DNA of 64,000 nucleotides from Takakia lepidozioides. Lineage: Eukaryota; Plantae; Bryophyta. Below, piece after piece: positions 1-10,994 of the stretch. Every line of letters begins with the position of its first letter. Position 1 is the first letter of the stretch. Below the pieces are notes generated by a model. That model had not been told where the DNA came from. It worked only from the letters and a program-made list of their open reading frames with translations, and ran no database searches. Location of the stretch: positions 76,942,001 through 77,006,000 of the forward strand of contig CM060732.1 in NCBI GenBank assembly GCA_030704615.1, in the 5' to 3' direction. The position numbers and the translations under genes were made by a program.

Positions 1-345
1 ATCTGGTACAGTTCCAGCTTTGACAATGTCACGATGGACCTCTTTGCCCTTTACCAAGTCTCCAGGGCTGCCAGGTTTGCACATGCATTGCAAACACAAA
101 TGAACGTAACCCGGTCAAGCTGCACCTCTTCTCAACATTTGCTCATATGTCTCCAATGCCCTCATCCCGCACACATGCTGGCCATATCTTGCGAGATTCA
201 GCGTGTTCCTTGAGACAACATCTTGTTCAGCCATGTTATCAAACTCTCCCTTCGCAACTTCATAGGTCTCCAAAGCCTCCATCCCACGTCCCTGCTGTGC
301 ATACCCTGCAAGCATCGCACTCCACGACACTACATCTCGGCAAAA
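1..345 (-). pseudogene. PLS-class pentatricopeptide repeat (PPR) gene fragment
   Basis: ORF 115-384 contains RDVVSWSAMLAGYAQQGRGMEALETYE and a second degenerate repeat (QDVVSRN...RYGQHVCGMRALETYEQM). After a frameshift it continues as LDRVTFICVCNACANLAALE...GKEVHRDIVKAG (1-130). These are typical PLS PPR motifs, broken by a stop and frameshifts. Confidence 0.8.
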
Positions 346-1352
346 CAGGCTGAAATAGCTCGAAGAAGAAGGTGCCCTCACCACATTGTCCTCTACCTTC
401 TGTCATGACCCATTGCGGATTAGACTGACCATGAACCCAAGAAGGCCTCTCGTGCGTGCTGCTTGTATCTCTAGTCAGGTAATGTGGGATTGGTTCGTAA
501 GAACCACCACGGTGCAGCTGAGCGGGCAGAGATTAAAATATGGGTTGCTAAGACCAAGCTGATTCCCCTAAGAACCTTGTGATCATCAGGAAGAATACCA
601 AATCATGGTACAAAGGGGAGCCAAGAGCCCACATTTGCACATAATGCGTCCTTGACGCCATAAACGCTTGCAACAACAGGACATGGACCTCGATTTGGTC
701 TTCGTCCTTCTCGCATCACTTGTTCGTCTCTCTCTCAAGCCTCCATCCCTCTCCCAACACTTAGACAAATTCAGGCAAAGGACAAAGTTACTCTTCCACC
801 CTTAGATCATTTTACATCCGACGATTAGAACAATCTCTACGAGCCACACAAGCCCTAAAATACATTAAAATATTCCACGTCATGAGCCATGTGGAGCACT
901 TATAAAAATTCCATTTTTGAATAGGGTGTGCAATGAATGCCTAGTTGTTAAGAGTCGTTCTCTAGTGTTTAAAACCACTCGTAATTGTTGTTTTAAAAAA
1001 AAACAATTTACGTAATTGAATTAAATCGCCGCGAATATTGTGCCGACTGCGGAGTCATTGATGCAACTTCTATCCGCCATTAGAAATGTGAATTTATCCG
1101 TTACGACTGTGCAGTAGTAACAACCATCTCAAAGTTTCCCTCAATGGTTTTGGACGTGCAGTCGATTCGGAAAAGACACGAATGCTTCTAGTGATTGTGA
1201 GTCCACGGAAATAGGGTTAGGAGGCACGGAAATAGGATCATGTGAAGTTGGAATGTGGCACCAGTGGACTTGAAATGCAACATTTTATTGCAAATTTTGT
1301 GGCAAGCTACGTCTATACAAGTGTGTTCTAATTGTCATAGCTGGAATGGGCA

Positions 1353-1793
1353 CTACTCTCCTACACCCTCCGAGGAACTTGCCCCACCTTCTTCCTCATC
1401 CCCCTCATCCCCCTCATCCTCCGAGCTCTGTGATGCATCAGTTCCACTATGCCTCTCAAAAATCCTGTCCTCTTGGGGGACTGTCCACCTCACCTCCTGG
1501 GAATCTTCTGCATCTTCTCCCCCACTTTCCTCAGCTGAATCCAAGACAAATCTACGAGCCTGACGGGCTCTAATAGCTGTTGCCTCCTCCCTCATCTTCA
1601 TTTTCTTGAGGCTTGCCTCGTCTAAAATCTGCTGTACACGACTAGGTTTGGAACACCTCCTAATGGACACCGAAGCAAGCCGGGCAACATAAGTAGGAAG
1701 GATGTAGTCCCTTTCTGGACTAGGCATGAAATCCCCCCTGGCAAAAAAATGCACGTTTCTCCTGCCCATGAACTGCGGTGTAGACGTCCCTCC
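1353..1793 (-). other. Isolated coding-exon-like segment with acidic tail, function unknown
   Basis: 138-aa ORF ending in an E/D-rich tail, preceded on the minus strand by a T-rich stretch and a ctgtag acceptor near 1793. Confidence 0.3.
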
Positions 1794-1949
1794 TACAGTA
1801 AGAACAAATCCACTTGAAGAATGTCAATACCAGCAGAAGCAGAAACGGTCTTTCAATGAAATAAAAGAGCGAGCGGAGGTGCCTCACAAAATCAGGAGGC
1901 AACTTACAATGCGACCACTCACTCGTAAACCATTTTCGCCACCATTTTC

Positions 1950-2869
1950 CTAGGTTGGGCCCGAAAATGGCTAAGTCCCAGAACTGACTGGGCGCGGAAC
2001 TAGAAAAATGGCGCCGAATTTCCGGTTGCGGTTCCAGCCACCCTACGGACTGAGCCATTTTGGGGCTGAAAATGGCTAAGTCCCAGATCTGACCGAGCCC
2101 GGAACTGGAAAAATGGCGCCGAATTTCCGATTTTGGTGCCAGTCAGATCTGGGACTTAGCCATTTTCGGCCCCGAACTGGAAAAATGGCATTTTATTTTT
2201 TATTTTTTTCGGTGCCATTTTTCCAGTTCGGGGCCGAAAATGGCTAAGTCCCAAATCTGATAGAGCGCGGAACTCGAAAAATGGTGCCGAATTTCCAGTT
2301 GCGGTTCCAGCCATCGTAGGGACTTAGCCATTTTCGGAGCCCTGAACTGGAAAAATGGCGCCATTTTTCCATTTCGGGGCCAAAAATGGCTAAGTCCCAG
2401 ATCTGACTGGGCCCAGAACTGGAAAAATGGCGCCGAATTTCCGATTTTGGGTGCCAGTCAGATCTGGGACTTAGCCGTTTTCGGCCCCGAACTGAAAAAA
2501 ATGACGGTTTTTTTTTTCTTTTTCTTTTTTTCTTTTTTTTCTTTTTTTTTTCGGCGCCATTTTTCCAATTCGGGGCCGAAAATGGCTAAGTCCCAGATCT
2601 GACATGGCCCAAAACTGGAAAAATGGCGCCGAATTTCCGATTTTGGGTGCCAGTCAGATCTGAGACTTAGCCGTTTTCAGCCCCGAACTGGAAAAATAAC
2701 TTTTTTTTTTTTTTTTTTTCGGAGCCATTTTTCCAGTTCGGGGCCGAAAATGGCTAAGTCCCATATGTGATTGGGCCCAGAACTGGAAAAATGGCGCCGA
2801 ATTTCCGATTTTGGGTGCCAGTCAGATCTAGGACTAAAGCCGTTTTCGGCCCCGAACTGAAAAAATGAC

Positions 2870-2900
<31 letters not shown>

Positions 2901-3760
2901 CGGCGCCATTTTTCTAGTTCGGGGCCGAAAATGGCTAAGTCCCAGATCTGACTGGGCCCAGAACTGGAAAAATGGCGCCGAATTTCCGATTTTGGGTGCC
3001 AGTCCGATCTGGGACTTTCAGCCCCAAACTGGAAAAATGGTTTTTTTTTTTCTTTTTTTTGTTTTTTCCGACGCCATTTTTCCAGCTCGGGGCCGAAAAT
3101 GGCTAAGTCCCAGATCTGACTGGCACCAAAATCGGAAATTCGGCGCCATTTTTCAAGTCATGCAGGTAATTCGAAGAGCGGATGGATGGAAATCCGGCTC
3201 CGGATTTCCATCCGCCAGGTAGGTCGGCGCGCAAAATTTCCATCATGCAGGTAATTCGGAGCGCGGATGGATGGATTTCCATCCTCCGGGAAAGTCGGCG
3301 CTGCAAATTCGGTAAATTTTTTTTTTTTTTTTTTCGGAGCCATTTTTCCAGGTCGGGGCCGAAAATGGCTAAGTCCCAGATCTGACTGGGCCCAGAACTG
3401 GAAAAATGGCGCTAAATTTCCGATTTTGGGTGCCAGTCAGATCTGGGACTTAGCCGTTTTCGGCCCCGAACTAGGAAAATGACGTTTTTTTTTTTTTTTT
3501 TTTTTCTTCCCGTTCGGGACCGAAAATGGCTAAGTCCCAGATCTGACTGGGCCCAGAACTGGAAAAATGGCGCCGAATTTCCGATTTTGGGTGTCAGTCA
3601 GATATGGGACTTAGCCGTTTTCGGCCACGAACTGGAAAAATGGCGTTTTTTTTTTAAAAAAAAAATTTTACGGCGCTATTTTTCCAGCTTAGGGCCGAAA
3701 ATGGCTAAGTCCCAGATCTGACTGGCACCAAAATCGGAAATTCGGCGCCATTTTTCAAGT
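1950..3760. repeat. Tandem array (~180-bp units) built from a ~47-bp motif in alternating orientations, with poly-T spacers
   Basis: Repeated TTTTTCCAGTTCGGGGCCGAAAATGGCTAAGTCCCAGATCTGACTGG and its reverse complement, flanking AAAAATGGCGCCGAATTTCC. Related units occur at 47030-47260 in the Mutator-like element. Confidence 0.9.
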
Positions 3761-4560
3761 CATGCAGGTAATTCGAAGAGCGGATGGATGGAAATCCGAC
3801 GCCGGATTTCCATCCGCCAAGTAAGTCGGCGCACAAAATTTCCGTCATGCAGGTAATTCGAAGAGCGGATGGATGGAAATCCGGCGCCGGATTTCCATCC
3901 TCCAGGTAAGTCGGCGCTGCAAATTTATGTCATGCAGGTTACTTGTGAGCGGATGGATGGAAATCCGGCGCATGATTTCCATCCGCCAGGTACAAAAATT
4001 TTGTCATGCAGGTAATTCGGAGCGCGGATGGATGGAAATCCGGCGACGGATTTCCATCCTTCAGGTAAGTCGGCGCGCAAAATTTCCGTCATGCAGGTAA
4101 TTCGAAGAGCGGATGGATGGAAATCCGGCGCCGGATTTCCATCCGCCAGCTAAGTCGGCGCGCAAAATTTCTGTTATGCAGGTAATTCGAAGAGCGGATG
4201 GATGGAAATCCGGTGCCGGATTTCCATCCGCCAGGTAGGGCGGCGCGCGAAATTTCCCTCAGGCAGGTAATTCCGAAGCTGATGGATGGAAATCCGGCGC
4301 CGGATTTCCATCCGCGCAGGTAGGGCGGCGCGCGAAATTTCCCTCACGCAGGTAATTCGGAGGCGGATGGATGGAAATCCGGCGCCGGATTTCCATCCGC
4401 AAGGTTGGTCGGAGAGCGGATGGATGGAGATCCGGCGCCGAATTTCCATTCTGCAGGTAACTCGAATCCCGGATGGATGGAAATCCGGCGCCGAATTTCC
4501 ATCCAGCAGGTAAGTCGGATCGCTGGCGTATAGATATTCGGCGCCGAATTTCCATTCGCC
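3761..4560. repeat. Tandem array of ~85-bp units, each with a 30-bp palindrome
   Basis: About 9 units of CATGCAGGTAATTC...GGATGGAAATCCGGCGCCGGATTTCCATCC (self-complementary 30-mer). Two more units lie at 3160-3310. Confidence 0.9.
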
Positions 4561-4726
4561 ATGTATTTCGAAGCGCTGAATTACCTTCTTGCAGGTAATT
4601 CTGAGCGTGTCCGATTGATTTTTCGGAGAAAAACAAACCTAACTGTTTGTTTTGTGGCTGAAGTGCACTTGTAGACACGTTTTTCTTGGAATCCTTGACT
4701 GCTAGAGGCAAATCGGAACAGCCTCG

Positions 4727-5800
4727 GACGGAAATTCGGCGCCGTTTTTCCATTCTGGGAGGTTTTTACGACTTCCTTTGAGGGGGCCCGATGGAAATTC
4801 GGCGCCGAATTTCCATCCGGGGGATGGTCTCTGTCGGAGAGGTGCCGGCCTCTCCGCCGCTCTGTTGGATATTCGGTGCCGAATTTCCGTCCGGGGGTTG
4901 AAATATGACGGCCAGGTGCCGGCCTCTCCCCCCTCCCTGACTGCATTGGAACGGCCCCGGATGGAAATTCGGCGCTGTTTTTCCATCTGGGGAGGTTTGT
5001 ATGTCGGCCAGTTTTCGGCCTGACCCCCCGACACGACTTCCTTTGGGGGGGCCCGGATGGAAATTCGGCGCCGAATCTCCATATAGGGGATGCTCTCTGT
5101 CGAACACGTGCCGGCCTCTACGCCCGAGGCGACTTCATCCGGGCGTCCCCTGTTGGATATTCGGTGCCGAATTTCCGTCCGGGGGTTGAAATGTGACGGC
5201 CAGGTGCCGGCCTCTCCCCCCTCCCCGACTATATCCGAACCGCCCCGGATGGAAATTCGGCGCCGTTTTTCCATCTGGGGATGTTTTTATGCCGGCCAGT
5301 TTTCGGGCTGACCCCCCGACACGACTTCCTTTGGGGGGGCCCGGATGGAAATTCGGCGCTGAATGTCCATCCAGGGGATATTCTCTGTCGCACACGCGCC
5401 GCCCTCTGCGCCCGAGGCGACTTCATCCGGGCTTCCCCTGTTGTATATTCGGTGCCGAATTTCCGTCCAGGGGTTGTAATGTGAGGGCCAGATGGCGGCC
5501 TTTCCCCCGAGCCGACTGCATCCGAAAGGCCTCGGATAGAAATTCGGCGCCGTTTTTCCATCCGCGGAGGTTTTTAGGTCGGCCAGTTTTCGGCCTGACC
5601 CCCCGACAGGACTTCCTTTGGGTGGATCCGAATGGAAATTCGGCGCTGAATTTCCATCCGGGGGATGTTTTTTGTCGGACAGGTGCCGGCATCTCTGCCC
5701 CAGACGACTTCATCCGTGCGGCCCCTGTTGGGTATTGGGTGTCGAATTTCCATTCGGGGGTAGTAATGTGACGGCACGGTGCCGGCTTCTCCCCTTCAGC
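4727..5800. repeat. ~288-bp higher-order repeat (about 4 units), each with three GGAAATTCGGCGCCG-type palindromic sub-motifs
   Basis: GGAAATTCGGCGCCGTTTTTCCAT recurs at ~4730, 4963, 5251 and 5539. The array is duplicated at 41960-43040. Confidence 0.85.
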
Positions 5801-6054
5801 CGACATCATCCGGACGGCCCCCCACTTTCTGACTGCATACCGTTGGCAGTTATTGCGCAAAGACCAGGGGCCGCATTCCGGAGACAAGGTTCATTAACAC
5901 TCTGACTGGATTTTTGAGATAGTTGGCTCCCTGGATTTGGATCAGGCTTCGTCGCTCGGACAAATCGGCACCGCATTCCTTCCCATCACTGCATCCCCCT
6001 TCTACCAGGGAGTTTCCCCGCACGCCATCCTGGCAGTCTTGTGTGCACATCTCC

Positions 6055-7145
6055 CATGGCGGAAAACCCGAGCGCTACAGTGTACTGCCCTCCTCACGAG
6101 CATAGAGCTTCATTTCCGTGGAGAGGGGACATCTGCGGGTGATGGAGAAATATCTGTGCGTTCGATACCACCTGAAACCGGGGTCGGTTTTTTCGGAGGA
6201 GGAAAGGAAGGACTCAAACGGCCTTGTTGTCGAGAGTATTGTTGTGCTCCACGATGATTTCGGCGATGGCAGGGAATGGCGAGTTCCACCATCGGACAGC
6301 GTCATATACAGGGCTGTTGGGGACTTCATTTGCCCGCCAAATGCACCTTCTATCTTGGCGCCTTCCACGAAACAATCCCCGAATCAGAGAGTGGCTACCT
6401 CAAAGAGAGAAGTCCGCAACGAAGTAAATCTAGAGCCGAACCCATCCATGAAGACGAGCTAGAACCGGGTTGTTCACAACCTGTCCGACTCAGACGAGGT
6501 CATGGAAGTTCTGAGGTCGTCCTGGAGATCAGGCAAGTCCTCAATGGACGTCAGTGGAGGAGGAGTCATATTCCCAGCACGAGCACCACAGTTCGATCTA
6601 TTCTTGAAATTCTGCGAGGGCTTCACCTGGAGGGACACCGGTCGGAGCTGGCCGGGCTGGACTACAACAAGTTCGCAATTAAATCGGTTACATGCCTTCC
6701 CGCCGACGTCGACGGTAATATCTTCTTTGAGTTCCCTCCTCGGGCGGACTACTCGAGGGCGTCCGGAATGTTGACAGATATGGATAGAAAACATGACGGT
6801 CATCCTTGGTGCGTTACCAAAACCACCAGCATGAAGATGCTCGATGGTGTGTGGATGCGCTACGTTGTTTGTGCGGGCGCGTTGCGGTGTTTCTCCCCAA
6901 CTTGCTTCCACTTTAAATCCAGAGGTCATAGGAACGAGACCGATTGGACAGGCACAGCTCATCAACCATTTCGAGCTCAGGAGAAGGTTCCGAACTCCAC
7001 ATTTAAGTGTGCGCATTGCAAAGAACCACCACACTGCATGTCTGTTTGTAATGCCAAGCAGTTCTATGTGTTGCACCGTTTCCCTGACCTCACCCGAGCT
7101 TGCATACACGTTGGTTCCCATTGTCACAAATTGGCGAGGGGGAAC
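6055..7145 (+). pseudogene. N-terminal part of Mutator-like transposase (GCM/WRKY-like zinc DNA-binding domain)
   Basis: Same sequence as ORF 43279-44814 (DRKHDGHPWC...CAGALRC...CAHC...C...C...HVGSHCH), with a stop and frameshifts. It ends at the deletion junction at 7145. Confidence 0.8.
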
Positions 7146-7535
7146 AAAAATGGCGCCGAATTACCTGTCATGAGGGGACCTATAGCCGCGGAATTCGGCA
7201 CCATTTTTCGCCAGAGAGACCTATTACCGCGAAATACGTCGCCGTTTTTTCAGGTTACGGACCCTATTACCGCAAAATTCGGCGCCATATTTGCACATGT
7301 CGCTGGGAATTGGCATGAGCGGAAGACGAAATATCATGAGCACAACTGTCAAAACTACAATTTTCCCTTCAAGGGGCCGAATAATATATTTGTTTTTCCT
7401 GACACATTGCATTAAATTAATTTTTTTTATTGTTTTTTATTTTTGAAATTTGTACTTCAGCTCATGAAAACCGATTGTCTTACTACTCCGCTCATGCCGC
7501 TCATGCCGCTCATGCTCATGAAATAGCTAACCTCC

Positions 7536-10100
7536 CGAGAAAAGACCGCATTCATCACTGAATGGGGAGCATATGCTTACAAAGTCATGCCATTTGGACT
7601 TTGCAATGCACCAGCCACATTTCAATGAGCAGTATCTGAGATATTCAAGAACTATCTCAATGAATTTATGCAGGTATTTTTGGATGATTTCAGTGTCTTT
7701 GGACAGAAATCCAAACATTTGGCATAGTTAAAACTTTGCCTACAAGCCTGCAGAAACAATGGAGTAAGTCTCAACCCGGAAAAATGTACATTCTGTGTGA
7801 ATTCAAGATTATTATTGGGACACATTCTGTGCCAACAGGGAATTCTGGTAGATCCAAAGAAAGTGGAGGTTATCCAGAAAATACCACCACCAGAAAATCC
7901 CAAGAAACTCCAGAGATTTCTGGGACAGACGAGCTATTACATAAGGTACATGGACAAATATGCTCACAGAGCGGCACCAGTCTATAGACTACTGAAGCAA
8001 GATGCCGAATATCGATGGTCTCCAGCTTGTCAGGAATCATTTGATTCACTAAAAATGGCACTCACAGCAGCACCAATTCTGATAAATCCAAGATGGGATT
8101 TACCATTTCATGTACACAGTGATGCATCAGGCATTGCTTTGGGAGCGGTTCTAGCTCAAAATGTGACAGGCACAATAGATTCACCAATCTATTATGCAAG
8201 TAGATTGTTGACAGCAGCAGAAAAGAATTATAGCACCACAGAAAGGGAGGCATTGGCAATGATTTATGCTGTTCAAAAATTTCGGCATTATTTGCTTGAC
8301 AACCGCTTTAAGTTGATTGTTGATCATCAGTTCATTTAGCAAATCGACCACTAGCCAGTGGCAGGGTTGTTGGATGGTTATTACTTCTTCATGAGTATGA
8401 CTTTGAAGTTATTCATAAACCAGGGAGATTACATGTTACAACAGATCATCTGTCAAGGATTACTACAGGAGAACCAGCCACGGGGGTAGAGGATCAACCT
8501 CCCGATGCATTTTTGTTTGCTGTTCAACCAGAAGCACCAAATAAAGAGACAGATCCTATAAATGCTCTGAGAATGTTTCAAGGAGACTATGACCTTCCAG
8601 ATGCTCTCAAACTCATGGACGACACGGATGAAGAAGAAGATTCATCCGATGAAGATGAACCTCTTGATGAAGGACTTATTATTGAAGAAGAGCCAGATCC
8701 ACAAGAAGAAGATGACAAGGAAAACGAAGAAACAAACAATCAAGAATTGGCAATATCAGTATTGGAGCTTATACAGTCACCAAAGAAGAATCAGAAGATA
8801 TTCAGGATCAAGATCAAGATGATTGGCAATGGCCAATCAAATACTATCTCAACACAGGAAAATTTCCTGAAGATTACACCAAAGATGACAGGAGGAAGCT
8901 TTCAATGAAAAGCAAGCCATACACATTAATCAAAGGGATTCTGTACAAAAGAGGAATTGACTCCATAATGAGAAGATGTGTAAACAAAGACCAAGCCAAA
9001 ACAGTAATGCAAGAACTACACGAAGGAATTGCAGGTGGACACTTCAGTTCGGACCTGACAGCAAAGAAAATATTACTAGCAGGCTACTGGTGGCCTACTA
9101 TATTTGGAGATACTTATGAACACTGTCAACAGTATGATGTCTGCCAGAGGATGGGACCAGTAGAACGAACGGGGAAGGGGACTCTGTACCCAATACTACC
9201 AACAGAACCATTTCAGCGCTGGGGGCTAGATTTTGTGGGACCCATTAAACCTCCAGCAAGGTACACACAAAACCAATACATCCTCATAGCCACTGACTAC
9301 ACTACCAAATGGGTAGAGACCAAGGCACTAAGAGACAACACTGCCAAATCAACAACCAAATTCTTATATGAAAACATCATCACACGATTTGGTTGCCCAC
9401 TGGAATTCGTCAGTGATCAGGGATCACATTTCATAAATGATGCCATAAAATGTTTGACGGAGGAGTTCATGATTGTACATCACAAGAGTACTGCTTACTA
9501 TCCTCAAGGAAACGGTCAGGCCGAATCTACCAACAAAATATTATGCACTATCTTAACCAAGATAGTAAATGCCAATCGTACAGATTGGGATACCAAATTG
9601 AACACAACACTATGGGCATTCAGGACATCATACAAGGTAACCACGAAGCATACACCATTTCAACTGGTGTATGGAGCAGAGGCATTATTACCTATTGAAT
9701 GTATGATACCCACACTACGAACCGAGACTCATGAACGATGGGGTTTAGAAGAATCCTTACGAATCAGGGAATATGAGTTATTCCATTTGGAATAAGTTCG
9801 AACAGATGCCACAGATAATATGGCACGAATTCAGGAACAACGAAGGAAAAGAATATCCGAAGAGAAAGAGAAATCTTTCCAGGACGGGGACATTGTATTA
9901 TGGTTACCAAAAATCAAGAAGATCAAACTAGGCGGAAAATTGAAAATGCCATGGATGGGACCATTTCAAATCAAAAGGGTACATGACAATGGAACTGTTG
10001 AATTGCAAACCTTGGAACAAGAATTCATGGGACGAATTAATATTAACAAGTTAAAAGGCTACCAGGGAATACATGACAAAGCCCTTATACATGATTTATA
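7536..10100 (+). pseudogene. pol: Gypsy pol (RT, RNase H, integrase), degraded
   Basis: RT FLDD; RNase H VHSDASGIALGAVL...EREALAMIYA; integrase HHCC ([10 protein letters not shown]...) and core ([23 protein letters not shown]), then WMGPF (GPY/F). Several stops and frameshifts. Confidence 0.9.
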
Positions 10101-10994
10101 CGCCAACGAGGAAGATCAAACTGACGATGAGGAGCGCGAAACTACCAATGCCTACTACATTCATCACGACACAGTGAATCAACATATACTAAGACAAGTG
10201 GCAACACAAATTCAGGGCACCACGACGGTTAGATCACCATTTATCTGGAGGACAACATTACCACCCCGTATACCGTATGGTGAACCGTGGCCAGCACAGA
10301 TGCCCTACAGAACAGTGAACGAATACGAAACGGCCAACGAGTCACTGCTTGTGTTAAATTCCGAGATGTACACTCCAGATCACCCCACCGACAGTGGTAA
10401 TCATACACCACTACCCTTCGATCATAACACAGAGGCGGAACGACGGCGCAATCCAACGGATTGCCAAAAGACGGCGGACGATAAGGGGGCAAAGCCATTA
10501 AACCAAGCTGCAAGTACTGCGCCAACGCCGCCCATCTAAAAACGGACCACATACCAAAGTGGATGAACACAGCTCAGAGGGATGAACATAAACTGACCGA
10601 AATTGGACAATCATCAACGACCATCGGTTTTAAGCAAAACAAATCACGAAGAAAAAACCAACGGAAGAAAATCAAGCACAAAAAGGATGAAGTTTTCTCA
10701 AAACCATTACCTGAGGCTAAATGCTTCTTGGTAAGCCTGGGCCCAGCAATTAAAGCTAACCACGCTTTAAACCTAGGCAACCAGCAGGACAAAATTACCT
10801 CCACGAGAACCTCGAGAGAAGTTAGAGGAGAAACCTACAGAGAGGAACCCCTACTTAAACCCAGGAGCGAACTCCTCACCTTCTCTTCCGCAAACTGGAA
10901 ATTGTTGTATACACAACTTCCAGTGTGCTTTATACTTCTTGTGATACACGAATTGGTGCTCCAATTCCTTACAACAATCGTGAGACTAAGAGAA

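Larger units (their letters stand above)
4527..7535 (+). mobile_element. Internally deleted, truncated copy of the Mutator-like element (non-autonomous derivative; may extend left to ~1950)
   Basis: 4527-7145 is a near-identical direct repeat of 41764-44385, and 7146-7535 matches 47246-47650. The segment corresponding to 44386-47245 (DDE core and SWIM) is missing. Confidence 0.9.

Noticed and set aside
400-1250. Possible LTR or retroelement fragment starting TGTCATGACC
   Set aside because: No second copy, PBS, PPT or recognisable domain in the window.
1950-5800. Palindromic repeat arrays as a CRISPR array
   Set aside because: The intervening sequences are themselves repeated rather than unique spacers, there are no cas genes, and the context is eukaryotic TE DNA.
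2992-5905. Many ORFs with MEIRRRISI / WKFGAEFPS peptides (also 41601-43141)
   Set aside because: These are translation products of GC-rich palindromic repeats, open in several frames on both strands.
7146-7415. C-terminus of the 379-aa ORF 6276-7415
   Set aside because: Read-through across the deletion junction into non-coding subterminal DNA.
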